Of a stretch of DNA of 64,000 bases, positions 1 through 20,349 are shown one piece after another. Below the pieces are notes generated by a model that was given only the letters and a program-made list of their open reading frames with translations, was not told the DNA's origin and searched no databases. The position numbers were made by a program, and so were the translations under genes. Source of the stretch: Paragordius varius (taxonomy: Eukaryota; Animalia; Nematomorpha); NCBI GenBank assembly GCA_964247055.1, contig OZ176054.1:2852001-2916000 (forward strand). Direction: 5' to 3'. Within the stretch, counting starts at the first letter, position 1, and the number at the start of each line of letters is the position of its first letter.

Positions 1-1595
1 ATTTTGTTTGATGTGTGCTGGGAACCACCTTCAGCCGATGAATGCGGTGAGGGATGGGACTTATTTTTGTGCCAAATGTAATAACCCAGTACGGAATAAT
101 TTGTAATTATAATCACAGTCGGCAAAAGAAAAACAGCCATCAAAAGAAATAAACTGTAAACCTGTGTTTAAAATAAAGCAAAATTAAAAATTATCAAAAA
201 ACAAAACATATAAAATATCTCTATATTAACTTGCCCTAATAGCGTGTCGACTAACAGTGTACGTACAATCTATCACCATTTCTACGTTATCCAAATACCA
301 CTTATTGAGATTCAGTTCATCCCAGTAACCAATGTAATCAAATAAGTGCTCCGGTTTTGTTACATTGAAGCTAAATGCTTTGGGCACAATATGATCCCAA
401 CGAACTAAGGTTTTAGCCCTAAAAAAGTGCATGGAGACGTGCTCATCTCTCAGATGCTGTAGAAATCTCAATCTATTCCTCCGACACAAAAAATATTTTT
501 CACTGTTCCACACCTTAAGATACTGCAAATGTTTTATCATTTTGAAAGCTAGCTCTTCGGGATCTAAATACGTTTTGTTTTGTAACAAATCGTGCGGGAC
601 TAAACTTTCATTGCTTTCCAAATGTTGGGCATAAAGTTGACTTAAAACATCATGACACCTACTTCGGACACTATAATAGTTTTGGAAGTATTGCCAACTC
701 CTGTGTGCATTGTTGAGTGTTTGATATCCTTCATAATTAAACAAGACATAGATAACATCGTAAAACCAGAGATTGGGTGATGAGATGGCAAAACCAATCA
801 ACCAACATGCCGCAGAGACAATGTAACTTATTTTTAAATCTCGATTGATTGCAGCATTTCTCATACTTCCTGAGAGTGTACCTCCTGATGTTTGACTTCT
901 CACCACGGTTTTGTATAATCGATCGATCGATATCACGAGAATAAATAAGATTTGGACGGAGGTGAAGAATTTTATAAGGGTATTACTCAATTTACAATGT
1001 ATTGAGCCTAAACAACATATATGTGAAAATATGTTATACTTGAATAAAATTAATGAATATTAGAGTGTGAGAATAAAATATATAATTTTGTTTCCTGAGA
1101 AAAATACTTATTTTATGATAAGCTAAAGATAAAATATCATATATAACAAATGCAAAAATAGCTAAAAAATATAGCATAGCTTAACCGGGCTTCGGACAAA
1201 TCTTAATAAGAACCGTTCACGTTACATTTATTCGTTATAGGATCCGTATATATTTAACCAACCTTCATTAGAAACAAATCTTTATTCAAATAACCTTTTT
1301 CTTTTAAATTAGAATTCTGTAAACCCTTGAAACTTTTAAAACAAAGTTAATAAAATGATACTTTACCTCTTATATAATTGGTTAATTGGGTAAAATCATA
1401 CAGTATCATGGGTATAATAATGGCTCCAGTTAGTATCATACAAAGGGCCACATTGGCTATGTAGACATAGGCCGAATTTCTGAAGCTCCGTTTATTTGTC
1501 CAAAATACGATTAGAATGATACAATTTAATATGGTTCCCACAATAATTATACATGAAATTATTATAATGAATGGTAAGTTATCAGGGTATCGCAT
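1..1595 (-). CDS. Rhodopsin-like (class A) GPCR, peptide-receptor-like; 3' end (TM6-7) lies outside the window
   Basis: Exons 1595-1367, 1007-235 (or 1007-256 with an alternative GT donor) and 161-<1 join in frame. TM1 IIIVGTILNCIILIVFW; TM2 YIANVALCMILTG; HCKL (C3.25); TM3 ISIDRL (DRY variant); TM4 CWLIGFAISSP; TM5 LFLLMAVFLLPTVIIITNYSVLG. The ATG at 1595 is directly preceded by an in-frame TAA. Confidence 0.85.
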
Positions 1596-2540
1596 TTAGC
1601 ATTTAAAAATCTCCCCTTTTTATCAGTCAATGTTTTTATTTTATAATTTACAATAATATATTTTGGGAATTATTTAAGGTTCTGTTAAAAAAAAACACAT
1701 AAATAATGCATGATACAAGTATATACGGTTATACCTTGACATCTCAACCGCCAAAATCCTCTTTTATTTTTTGAGAAAATTCAAAAAAAATTAAATTAAT
1801 GCTAATTTTTAAAGTATTTATATATTTATTTTTCGAAGAAATCAATAAATTTTATTGTACAAATAGTGTTCACCCCTATTAAATTAAAATAATGAGACGC
1901 CGATATTGTCTTCTTTGTTAATACAATGACATATACTTAACACCCAATATTTTATTCCCACATGAATTAAAAATATTATTTTAATTTCCCTTGTAGTGTA
2001 TGTATTATTGTTATTGATGTTTATAAGATTTTTTGGCTATATTTTATTTTTATCATTTTACAAAGTGCGTAATTTTGAACTGAATGGAAATTTCTAAATA
2101 AGATGTTTTTTAAAAAATGGCTTGATTACCTTCTTTTTAAAAGTGTTATCATTTAGATTAAACGATTTCGGCTTTTATATCAATTTTCCACTGGATGAGA
2201 TATTAATAATTTTTGAATATTAATGCTTTGACAATAATAAGTTTAATTGTACAGGGTTGACCAGTTAAAAACATTCTAAAATGGGCAATTTAACTAAACC
2301 CAATGGCGATATTGCGCGATAACAATTTTAAATATGTAATAGATTTTGACATTAAGAAAGTATTTACAAAAAATAATGGTGCTTAATAATTTAATTTTTG
2401 GCAAAATTTTGATGAATCGAGTTTTATCGTATATAGAATAATAATGGAAACGGTAAAAACACATTTTAAAATATTAGAAAAAGAAACACTTTTATAATAT
2501 CGATGCTGCTGAACACTTCTATCACATCAGATCTTTGATT

Positions 2541-3260
2541 TAACACTTTACCTTTTGGTGTAGTTTTATACCCCAGGAACTTTCAAAATTTATCTTAAAA
2601 AATATCTGTAGCATTGGGAGAAATTAAAAAATATGCTTTATCTAGCTTAATACTCGGTTACAATACATTCATTTCAGTCCTTTGATTCAAATTGGGGTAT
2701 CCAGGGACCCGCCTGTATAAAAAATATTTTTAAAAATATATAATAAATCAAAACCATTGCAAAAGTTGTACTTATATAACATTTAATAAACCAAAATATA
2801 AAATTGATTCAGGCAATAAAACTTGATACTTGTTTAGGGATAAACTTGAAGGTAAAGATGCAGCCAATATGGCATGAATGCATTAGCTAAATATAAAATA
2901 GAAACAAACCATTTTTTGCTTTTATTAATGCTAGATAAAGTTGTAATAATCAAAAAAACACGATATTTTGCAAAATGTTGTAATATAAAAATGGCTTCAA
3001 AGCAGTTGGAGCCTTTTTAAACTAAATTTTGTGATATGGCTTATTTATCAATTTTAGTTTGTATAGAAGCTTACATTCAAATTTGAATTTGTTTCATTCA
3101 TAATTACTATGATCTACAATGACACATTTGAATCGACGTTTTAAAGGTATGATACAAAAAAATATTTATTAAAAAGATTTAAATTTCTATTAAAATACTC
3201 ATATCAAATCTTTTCGCCACCATCTTTTCATAATTTTTTTGAAATCCCTATGATACGTTT
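2541..3260. repeat. Degenerate dispersed repeat family (probable non-autonomous DNA transposon remnants)
   Basis: Blocks recur elsewhere by eye: ttaacac..ccttttggtgtagttttata (2541 vs ~27682); ttcagtcct.tgattcaaat (~2672 vs ~28712); acacgatattttgcaaaatgttgtaa.ataaaaatggc (~2958 vs ~29521, inverted at ~4230-4280); ctcatatcaaa..ttttcgccacca (~3198 vs ~27849). Boundaries are approximate. Confidence 0.55.
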
Positions 3261-5088
3261 ATGCATTTATTACGGATTATTTTCGTATCCTGCCTCACAA
3301 GGCAGCTCGGATGTTAACAAATCTACTTAACATAACCCTAATAATACAGGCAAATAGTATGTATATTATGGTAAAAATTAATAATTTACTTTGGTTCAAA
3401 TGTACCAGCAAATTTTTTATATTTATTAATTTATATGCTGTTTGTATATTTTGAAACAATCCGAATTCGGGACTCTGGAAGTTAAAAAATGTAAAAGTTT
3501 TAATTTTTTTACCTAATCCAGGAGAAGAGGGTTCGATAAATTTTAACCAAACTTTTAAAACAATTTGATTCTACTTTAAGCTTGAGGTAGAAAGATACAC
3601 CAAAATGTTATCGCGAAAAGAAAATAATGTGATGAAAAGTTAAGAATGCGTTTGACAAACACAACTTAAATTAACCAAAATCCGAGCGGATAGAAATGTT
3701 TATCATCATCATGTTTTTATATTTTCACCACGCTTCAAAATTCAAACAAATCGCTTCATTAAAAGTTTTCTATATTTTTAAAATAAATATCCATTTTTCG
3801 GAAGAACATTTGACATTCTTATATTTTTTCATGCGCCTAAAAGGCTAAACAACGAATTTTAATCTAGCCAAATATATATTTACTTTTTAATATGTTACTT
3901 TTGAGTATCTGTGCTGGTAGATTATATCAAAGGGTATAAAGTGTAAATGGTAGGAAGTGTAAGATAATTTGGATTTACACTCCATCTTTAGAAAATTTTT
4001 TGTTCAAGCGATTCCAAATATATTTAGTATTATTAATCTGAAAATAAAATGCAATATCTTACTAAACGCATTATTTAACTCTTCGATTCAATTATATCTG
4101 AATACCCTAGATTATATTAAAGTCGTGAACTATTCAAAGAAACGATCTGAATTTAATAAGCCTCTATCCTAATAAGAATTATAAAATATGTGGAAATATC
4201 TAAGTAAATTTTAATTATGAAAAAAAGCTCCAATACTTCGACGCCTTTTTTATTTTACAAAATTTGCAAAATATCGAGTTTATATAATTCTAAAACTAAA
4301 AAACCAATGTTTTTTTAATTCACATCTGACATTGAGAGAAAGAGAAAAAAAAGTTTATTTTATATTCATATAATGCACACATGTTTGTTGACTAAATTTT
4401 TACCTCTTGGTTTTACCTTAAAATAGGTATATCAAGTATTGAATTAGTGTTATATATATGCAATTTTTTGCCATAGTTTCATATTTTTTGAATAATTTGG
4501 CTTTAAAAAGGGCTGGGGTATCTAACGCCAATTAGAATCGAAGGGCTGAAATGAATGTGTTGTATTCAAATATATATAATAAATAAAATATTCATCTCTC
4601 ATATTTTTCCAGCAATATTTTTTCCGGATTTTCATGGTTAACAATACTGGCAGTTAACAAGTATTATGATTATAAATTACAACTATTCAACTGATTCTTT
4701 TTTAAGGATCGACAGCAATTAGATTGTTATTTATTTTAACTGTCTTTTGTTTCCATAAATTCAACAATAACCAAATTTGTGAAGTTGGAAAATAAATTAG
4801 TTATTTTAGGTATTTATAAAAATAATGTGTTGTATTAAATTTTAGCCTAATCTTTATATATTGGATATTTAAACTTTAATCTTCCAATATCTTTTATCAA
4901 AAGTTAAAGGAATTAATATAATTTTGGCAAAAATTTTGTATTATATATCAATAACTACCCTTAAAATTAATATCTTAATTATTATTTATATTTTAAATAA
5001 AAATGTATGATGAAATTTATAAAATACACATGTTATAGTTTTTTGCTGATTGGTTTACGATACTATACTCGTTGAGAATATGCCTTAA

Positions 5089-11929
<6,841 letters not shown>

Positions 11930-12131
11930 TATTATTGTTATTATCTTAAGAGAGAGAAAATATATAGTTTACGAAAACTTTCGAATTCACATTCAAAATT
12001 AATGATCTCAATCAAATAAATCACATATATACACATAGATATATATTTTACATACTGTTAATTTAATATTATATTTATTAAATTATTGTAATATCTGAGT
12101 TATCATTTTTCTTTCCACAATTTTTTTCGAG

Positions 12132-12134
<3 letters not shown>

Positions 12135-12190
<56 letters not shown>
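12135..12190. repeat. (TA)28 microsatellite
   Basis: Perfect TA dinucleotide run read directly, about 200 nt after the PTEN stop. Shorter TA runs occur near 13436, 21648, 33342 and 41853. Confidence 0.95.
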
Positions 12191-12197
<7 letters not shown>

Positions 12198-12252
12198 ATA
12201 TTACCCTAAAAATTAATGTAACTTTATTTCATTCATTATTACACATATTATA

Positions 12253-12533
12253 CAGTAAAATTGAAGTCTTACGGACAACGTTTAAAAATATAAAGACAAA
12301 TATTATTTTTTAAAAGACAACCATTTCAGTTAATTTCAATTAAATTACATTGTTTAAAAGTGTTAAATAGAGATATATATATATATATTAGTAACATCAT
12401 CAATCCTTTGAAAATGTAATTAAATAGCTTATATAAGATAAATTAATGTTTAAAAAAGTATGGATGTGTTTGAAAAAAAAATATTTATCTTTACATTTTT
12501 ATGTTTTTGTCCGTATAATTTCAATCTTTACTG
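12253..12533. mobile_element. ~280-bp MITE, Tc1/mariner-pogo type (TA target site)
   Basis: TA|CAGTAAAATTGAA..TACGGACAA ... TTGTCCGTATAATTTCAATCTTTACTG|TA. The internal motif aaaatataaagacaaata..aaaagacaaccat recurs at ~25165, ~34530 and partly at ~39285. Confidence 0.8.
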
Positions 12534-13964
12534 TATATTACAAATCGTAAATTTAAAAATGTATGATGTATCTTTATGTATATATTCACAATGCGACTAG
12601 AACTGAATGTAAAATAGCGTTAGAAAGTAATAAAATTTATGTATTTCATTGATAATACTATTTGGGGTAAAAAATCAATGATTTTTAAATTTAAGGTTTA
12701 TTTAATTAGGGTGGGTTCCTTCTGGATATGCCTTATGTAATGTTAATTTTTTTAATAAAAATCGAATGCAAATTACGTGTCTCATGGTATATTTTTAGTG
12801 ATAGTATTTTTTTGTGTAATTTATGGAAGGAAATTTTGTTTACTTAAATTCAACATTAAAACAATTGAAACTCAGTATCATTGGTATAATTATCCAAAAC
12901 CAATATTTGGTCACGTATTTTTTTAAAAAATGTATATAATAGAGTATTAATAAACGCGATTTTGAATTTCTATACAGGACAATATAATATATATTATAAA
13001 AGTGGTCAAAACTACACGCAGTATATTAATTATTGAAAATACCTAGACAAATAAAAATATTAAGACATATATTATTAAACAAGTATTATTAAATATAGCA
13101 ACATTTAACAGCTCTAATTCACAGTTTAAATATTTAAGCAATGAGTATTCAATTTAAAAAAACAAGATTAAAAATGTATAAGCGGCTTTTGAAAAAAATT
13201 TTGTGTTTTAGTTTTTTTATATTTTGTCTGTATAATTTTTAATTAAAATAGCGGTCATGTGAGATGAATGATCTATCTCGCTATATGATTATATTTAAAA
13301 TGTCTTTGAGCTATATTTTGTATTAAGCCCTTCTCTCTTTATTTACGAAAATTGTCTTACAAAAAATCATGTAAAGCCTATTAACGGTACATATTGAGGA
13401 CATTTTATTTTAAAAAACCTAATTCCAGGAACAAATATATATATATATATACATATTAATTTATTGTAATATTCAGGTGCGCTAATATAATAGGATGACG
13501 TAGGAAGAGATTTTTGGCATCTATTATAGATTATGTAATTATGATATACATATATAAATATATCACAAATTTTATGAATGGCATAACATAGCATTATCAC
13601 AATTATTTCGTTTGAGCAAAATGTTGTATATCGAATATAAATCCCGATTTGAGGCACTTTTAACAATTTGCTCCTTTTTTGTAGTATTTTTGGCAATGTT
13701 ATTTTTTTTTCAATTTTTTATATATAATTTCTAATATATTTCCAAGATAAAATGTATACATAGCGCAAATCTTTGGTCTTAATACCTTGCGACAAGCCCG
13801 AATCGAATTTGTGGTCGCCAAGGGAGAAAAATATTGCCTTTGCCTTACATCTAAATCCTGTAACCGTGTCAAGAAATCACCCTTTCTTGGCAAAGTTACT
13901 AATCTGGGTAATTTGGAACTTAACTAAAAACTACACTCCACTTGTTTTACAATGATATGTGGTT

Positions 13965-16900
13965 TTAAGATTTTTCATCTTTAACAAAACAATCATCGGA
14001 TATTGGTGAATATTGGATTTCATCCGATGAAACTGTTGTAAAAGAAGATGAATTCCCTGTAGAGTAATCACTAAATCTTGGATTGACATTTTGTATATTA
14101 GCATTTTCAGGGGTACAAGTGTTGTTGTTTGGCATATTTAAATTAAATGGATTTAAAATATCATTATTAATGTCAATATGATTTAGATTGCTATTATCTA
14201 CAACATTGTTTAAATCTATCAGTATTTTAGGAATGTGTTCATCAAGCTTATAGTTAAAATTTGTATCATTCGAGTGTTTAGATGTATAAAAATTTTCTGA
14301 TAGTGAATTACTGAGGAATGGCTCATGGGTGCCATCATACAAGTTGTTATTTGCATTTTTTTCACGATAAATTTCTTTGGGTGAAAATGTGGTACTTTGA
14401 TAGGGATTAACGAATTCCATGGAATCAGGGATTTTTAATTTAACTAATTGCATGTTATCACAGAGTTCTAATGAGGTATCGCCATGATTATCACAACTAT
14501 TATTAATATTATTGTTAATTTTAGTGTTTTCAAGTATGCTATTTGGTTTAACAAAAGAATTAGTATCGGTTAAATCTGTCAACAATGTGTCCTCATCTTC
14601 TTTTCCTTGAATTTGAAGGTAATGATCGCGAGATATTAATGAAACTGGAGACGTAGGGGTACTAATATATATTGATAAGGAATTTATAAAATTTAATTAA
14701 ATTAGGTTTCTAATTGCAAACACTCCTACAGTTATAAAATTTTTATTTAAATAAATTGAAGTTCTTATTTTAACCGCAACTGTGACGGCATTCAACTAAA
14801 CCAATCAATCGCCGAACCTAAGAATCCATATTATCATTGTAACATACCATTAAATGGTATGATATTATTCATTTGCAAAAAATATCTTATTTTGATACTA
14901 CAAAAAGAGGCAATTTTTGTATAAAATTTTTGGATTTTTAAAACAGGAAAGCACTAATTTGGCCGGTAAAAATATTTAAAGTAAATATTTACCAATTAAA
15001 TAAACTTGACGGAAGGAATTTTTATACTGTTATCATTACAATTTAGATAAATTAGTAAAAACCCAATATACTTGGTATAGCAACTCGATTTCCTAACTCC
15101 AGTGTAAGGGGTAAGGTTATCTTTTCCAACATTTGATGCATGTAAAAGACTTCCTGGGTCACTTTGAACGGAAGCCCGTTTAAACGAAATAGGTATTAGG
15201 GATAAACGTTTCATAAACAAATGTGGTAGGCTTGAAACTTCAGAGCCTCCGGCAGAAAACAAAAATGTTTCATGTGTAGAGCTGCTCCTACGTCTATTTT
15301 CCAAATTTTTAACACCCATTATAAAGGCTTGGCGGACCTAGAAAAATACAGGTGATTCAATTCATATGCAAATTTTAAATGCAAAAAGTTTACTATAATT
15401 ATAAAAACATACCTCCTTATTCATAAAGCAACAATATAGGGCCACGAAAAATCCCTAAAATATCAAACATAATTTAAATATAATTATCTAAGATGTATTC
15501 AAACAATTTTTGTATAAAGTCAAAAATTAGAATTTTGAACCATAACATGCAAATGTTTTTTCGAATATATTCAGATTTATGCCAGTGATATTTGGATTTT
15601 TTATAAAGAAATAAAATTTTATTGTCAGATTTGATCATAAAAATATATTGAAATCATTAAGTAACCTGAGATGAAAGCAGAATAGGAGTAATAAGTGTCC
15701 GATATATAGCATTGTGCGGTGGGTATATTGTTATTAAATAGGTTATTCCCAAATGTGGGATCAAAAAAATGAATCCTTTGAACGATTTCCTAATTATTAA
15801 ATGTTAAGGTAATAAATTTATTGGAAATACACCATCACTTTGGTGAACGTAAAATTGGATAGTTAACATATATATATGAGAAATATATAACTGAGTACCC
15901 AGACCAAATCATTGTTGTAAAGAGCATTGGCCTTTTATTTTTTTATTATAGAAAAAAATGATTATATTTATGGTTAAAAATTATAATTTAATAAACTTTA
16001 ATTAACCCTTGTTACAAAATTATTGGAATAATATTTATTTTAAGCAGGAAGATGGTAATAAAATCATACAAGATGAAATGCCTAAGTACAACACCAACTA
16101 TAAACTGGGTTATTATGAATAGGTGGAATTTATAACATTTAACTATCTAAATTACACCGTTGTATAACTAACTAAAAGCGAAACGATATCCAACAATAAA
16201 TATATTATATTACATGTTTGTGGTTTTAACAGAAGACTGCCAAATGTAAGCAGACGATTTATTTGATAGACTCCATTTTGTTTATCTGACATTAAACGAC
16301 ATACAGTTGAATTTACCAAAAACTAATGTCTTATTTTAGTATTCAGTCACATGGAATTTTTTGACTGAAAAGAACGTTTATGGCACGCATTGCCATTACA
16401 TAAAAGGGCTTTTGAATATTGAATGTTATTGTCTAGCAGAAACACATAGTAAACATGTTACATAAGAAACATGGTTTTAAATGAAAAGATGTGATTTTAT
16501 GTGAGAGTGTAGCCGCTTGAAGACGTTAAAATGAAGGATCGTTGAATATATAGCTTAAACTTCACAACGATTAGCAGAGGCATTACATTCACAAAAAAAG
16601 CAATAAATGGATGTCTACGATGAAAGACAATATACTCGGTAGATCTCAAACATTTAGAATGAATGTTAAATCAAAAATCGCAAGGTGAGAATGATATCCA
16701 GCTGCAACATCACGTAAAGAAATCATTTTTGCATCTAATTGGGACAAGTGATAAAAAAACGCTTTATACGGTCCATGAATAATGCCAAATTGCTTCGGTA
16801 AAAACCTGCTCTATGTCTGGTGAGACCAGAGCAATTTTTTGTATTCTTAATTTTTAACACTTAATGAAACCGTACACACTATCGCCATCAAATGATCAGT

Positions 16901-19900
16901 TTAAATCCTGCATTAATTGAAAGATTTTGTGTACATGACAATGATCCGTCTTACATAGCAAAACCAATGAAAAACACCTATCACTTCTATGGGAAATTTT
17001 TGGTATATGCTAACTATCCCCTGGGGCCATTCGATTAGTAAAACTTTGCATCAATGGGGCACACCCTTGCAGAGCAGGCTCAACAAATGGTTGGCAAAAT
17101 CTATTTTTTGGCACGGCATTTCTCTGTGAACTGAGATATGGGCGAAAGTAGAGCCGATGTACAATTAAAACTTTTAAACATGTTTTAATGAAAAACCGTT
17201 AAAAATATATGAAGGCACCTGGTGCACACAACATCTACTAACTGTCTGCAAAATAGTTATTTTAAATTTTATGGTTATCAACTTCCCCAATTTGTATCGA
17301 GGTTAATAGAAACTACCCCAAAAAATTAAATTTAATCATCATGATTCAACCTTTAAATGATTTTGTTGATAAACTCCACGCCTACAAATTTTTATCATAA
17401 AAAGGAAATATATTGTTAAAAATAGGTTAAATTGAGTTCACAAAATTAAAAATAAAAAAGTCATAAATCATACAAATAATTGATATTCCCGTTGGCGTTA
17501 CGTGAAGAAAACGTTTTTTCTATCCAAAGCTTGATCACCATAAGAAATATGACGAAATTCAACTAATTTAATATAAAAGATAATATCAAAAAATTTATGG
17601 TAATTTCGATAAATGCCACAATTTTGAATTTGACATTTTAGTGGAAAAAGATTAAATACTAAAAATAAATTTGCATTTAAAATCACGTATATTTTTTATC
17701 TTTTAATATATAAAAAACATACAATACGGTTTAAATATATGAACACTTTTTATCCATATAAATTGGGTGAGCCCTGAAGATTGAGTTATTAATTACTTGG
17801 TGTTTGAAAGAGAAAATCAAGGCTTACTTTGTTAATCTTTTCGAAAACTTTTATATTTTTATCTTAATGCATTGTTACACTAAGGTAGAATGGTAGAAAG
17901 TTATATATATTTTATTTGTGGTTCTACCACTTAGACTTGGTTGGTATAATTATGGGGCCAAAAATTGTAATATAATCAAGCATATTGACAATTTAATCCA
18001 TGTCAGCTCATGGCTGACTAGGGTTAAACTTTAAAGTTAAATAAGGAAAAAATAAAAAAAATAATATAATCTAATCCTAAAATACAACGACAAGGACATT
18101 GATATCACTTTATGTCCTATTTTAAATTTAACCTGTGTATAGTTCAAATTATTTTTTTCTCTACTACAGGATTACAAATAAATTCCGACAACGCATAGTG
18201 ACAAAGAAGTCATATTTCAAACCCTTTCTGCATTTTGTATAAACCTTATAATCCAAATTAATAATATAAACACAGCTTTCTTTACGTGGAATTTCTAGTT
18301 CAGGTTACGATATGGCCGTTTAAGATAAACCAATTTTTCTTTATTCCCGAGATATAAAAATAAATTTAGAAAAAAAATATAATAAAATTTAATGGACTCA
18401 TTATTATTTATATACATATACATATATATATATATTCTTTAAGATAATATTTTTACTTAAAAATAATTAAAAAAATACCAAAAGCACTATGAGAATGGGA
18501 ATGACGTATATGTAATAGAATTTGCTTCGAGATAATTCCAACAAACACCTAATATATATTTGTTGAAATAATTATTAGCTATAAAAGTTAAAAAATTATA
18601 ATTTGTAATAAAAAAATTTTTATCTATAAGAAAATAAATTACATATTTCCATGAGTTCGGATGTTAACAATTCCCCAAGACATAATAAGAAGGAATGGCA
18701 TGCCTAAGTGATTATATGGATGTATGGTTTTAAATGAATAATTTTTCTTTGAAATATTTACTTATTTAAAAAAAAACTTTAAAATATATTTTAAATTAAA
18801 AAAAGGTGTATAACCCCATCCAATGAACAAAAAGTATCGCAGAGCAATAATTTTATGAGCGAATCCGACAATAACCATTTGATACATCATGATACCTTCG
18901 GCAAACATCCAAAAGAAATTTGCAGTGTAAAAATAATTGTACAAGATGGAAATTATGTCACACGGAATCTAAAAAGTATATTATATGGATGGAGATGTCA
19001 TATGAATTGTTATTTAGATTTAAAAAATTAAATTTAAAAGCTTAAAAAGCTAATAATCTAAATGTATTTTTTAAATTTTTAGCCCAATAAAAAAGAAAAC
19101 TTTACTACAAAAGGAATGATTCTGCAACTATAAAGGCAATTATTTGATTCTTTGACCTTATCGTGGCTGTTCAAGCCACCGAAATGATACTTTTATGAGG
19201 ATGAAATTAAAAAAACCAGATATTTTAATATAAAAAAAATTTGGGCTTCATTTTATAACTAATTCGTTATATAGTATGAGTAAGTATATAATTAATAACT
19301 AGCAATATATACTTACTCATACTGTATAACGACATATATATATATATTTAATTTGGGAATCGAATTATAAAAAAGCATACTATGGTTTGATAAATGGCGT
19401 AATGGGATTGGAATAAATGCAATATGATCCACAACACATCACTTATGATGAAAGCCACAATCAGATTACAATGGATTACGTTGCGTAAACACCGTAGAGT
19501 TCTGATAAAATTATTTTGTACACAAAATTATAGAAAAACCATTTAAGAAACACATTTCTTTTATTAAAGCTAGCTTTAAAAATATTTCCTACATAATATG
19601 TATTTCAAACTTAATTAAATAAAATGCTGTGTTTTTACTGCTAAAAAATAATTATCAACATTTTTTGTAACTCTTAAGTAGGATTTTAGCTAACAAAAAA
19701 AAACGATTTTAAAACATGATTATTTAATTTTATACTTAACCTAAAATATTTTAACGTGTCTATTTTATATATTGATTTCAGTTACAAGCGATTCTTGAAT
19801 AAAACCAAAATTTGGCGCAAATTTGGAGATAAGGAATTATATGTAGGGAATTACGAGCACTTTAATAAAATATTAAAATTATATAAAAAAATCTAATAAA

Positions 19901-20156
19901 ATAGAATATACAAGATTTTTATTATGTTAAATTTATTACAAAATTAAATCCCATCTGTATAATAGTGGTAAAAATACTTGAATGTAGACAATATTATCAA
20001 GGCTACTGAAAGCAAAAGTATGGAAACACTGTATCCCACATAGTATATAAGGATAGTGGAAGAAAATGAATGTTTAAGTCCGGAGATTGCTGTTGCTTTA
20101 TTTGATATATTTGCTGATATTGACGTTGCTATCAAGGAATTTTGAGTTGTATTCAT
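13965..20156 (-). CDS. Secretin-family (class B1) GPCR, CRF/diuretic hormone 44 receptor-like, 600 aa as modelled
   Basis: Ten GT-AG exons with matching phases: 20156-19978, 19501-19381, 18968-18815, 18703-18643, 18548-18479, 17562-17474, 15789-15666, 15454-15413, 15337-15072, 14661-13965 (1803 nt). Motifs: IYYVGYSVSILLL, LRCLRNVIHCNL, NFFWMFAEG, IGWGMP, PILIVLLLNF, LIPHLGITY, QGFFVALYCCFMNKEVR. The start codon is uncertain. Confidence 0.9.
16600..16980 (+). mobile_element. Highly decayed Tc1-like transposase relic inside the largest intron of the class B GPCR
   Basis: The + frame at ~16922-16970 reads RFCVHDNDPSYIAKPMK, resembling the Tc1 second-catalytic-Asp motif (F-Q-H-D-N-D-P-K-H-x-A-K). 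A possible DE motif lies ~105 codons upstream. There are many stops and no clear TIRs. Confidence 0.3.
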
Positions 20157-20349
20157 TTTTAATTGCAAAGTAAATTGTGGTGTCAGGTCAAAATTTTTGA
20201 CTTTTGTCCATTAAATTCTAATGGCCATAGGGTTTGGGGAAATGTTTAAGTTGGTTTTGTAGCAGCTTCATTTTATACCATAAAGATTTATATTATACTA
20301 TAATGCCATAAGAAAATTAAAATTTAAAATTATAAGATTATCATCTAAT

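Noticed and set aside
431-634. Short ORF-track entries overlapping real exons or lying in AT-rich introns and TEs (e.g. 431-634, 8591-8773, 13367-13955, 25218-25960, 37193-37390, 51415-51707)
   Set aside because: They are antisense or alternative-frame shadows of genes, or F/I/K/L/Y-rich chance ORFs with no motifs or compatible splice sites.
20190-20220. WTKVKNF upstream of the class B receptor ATG resembles the ectodomain end motif W....NY..C
   Set aside because: The Trp codon directly follows an in-frame TAA with no acceptor between them, and the Cys is absent. It may be a relic but is equally consistent with chance.
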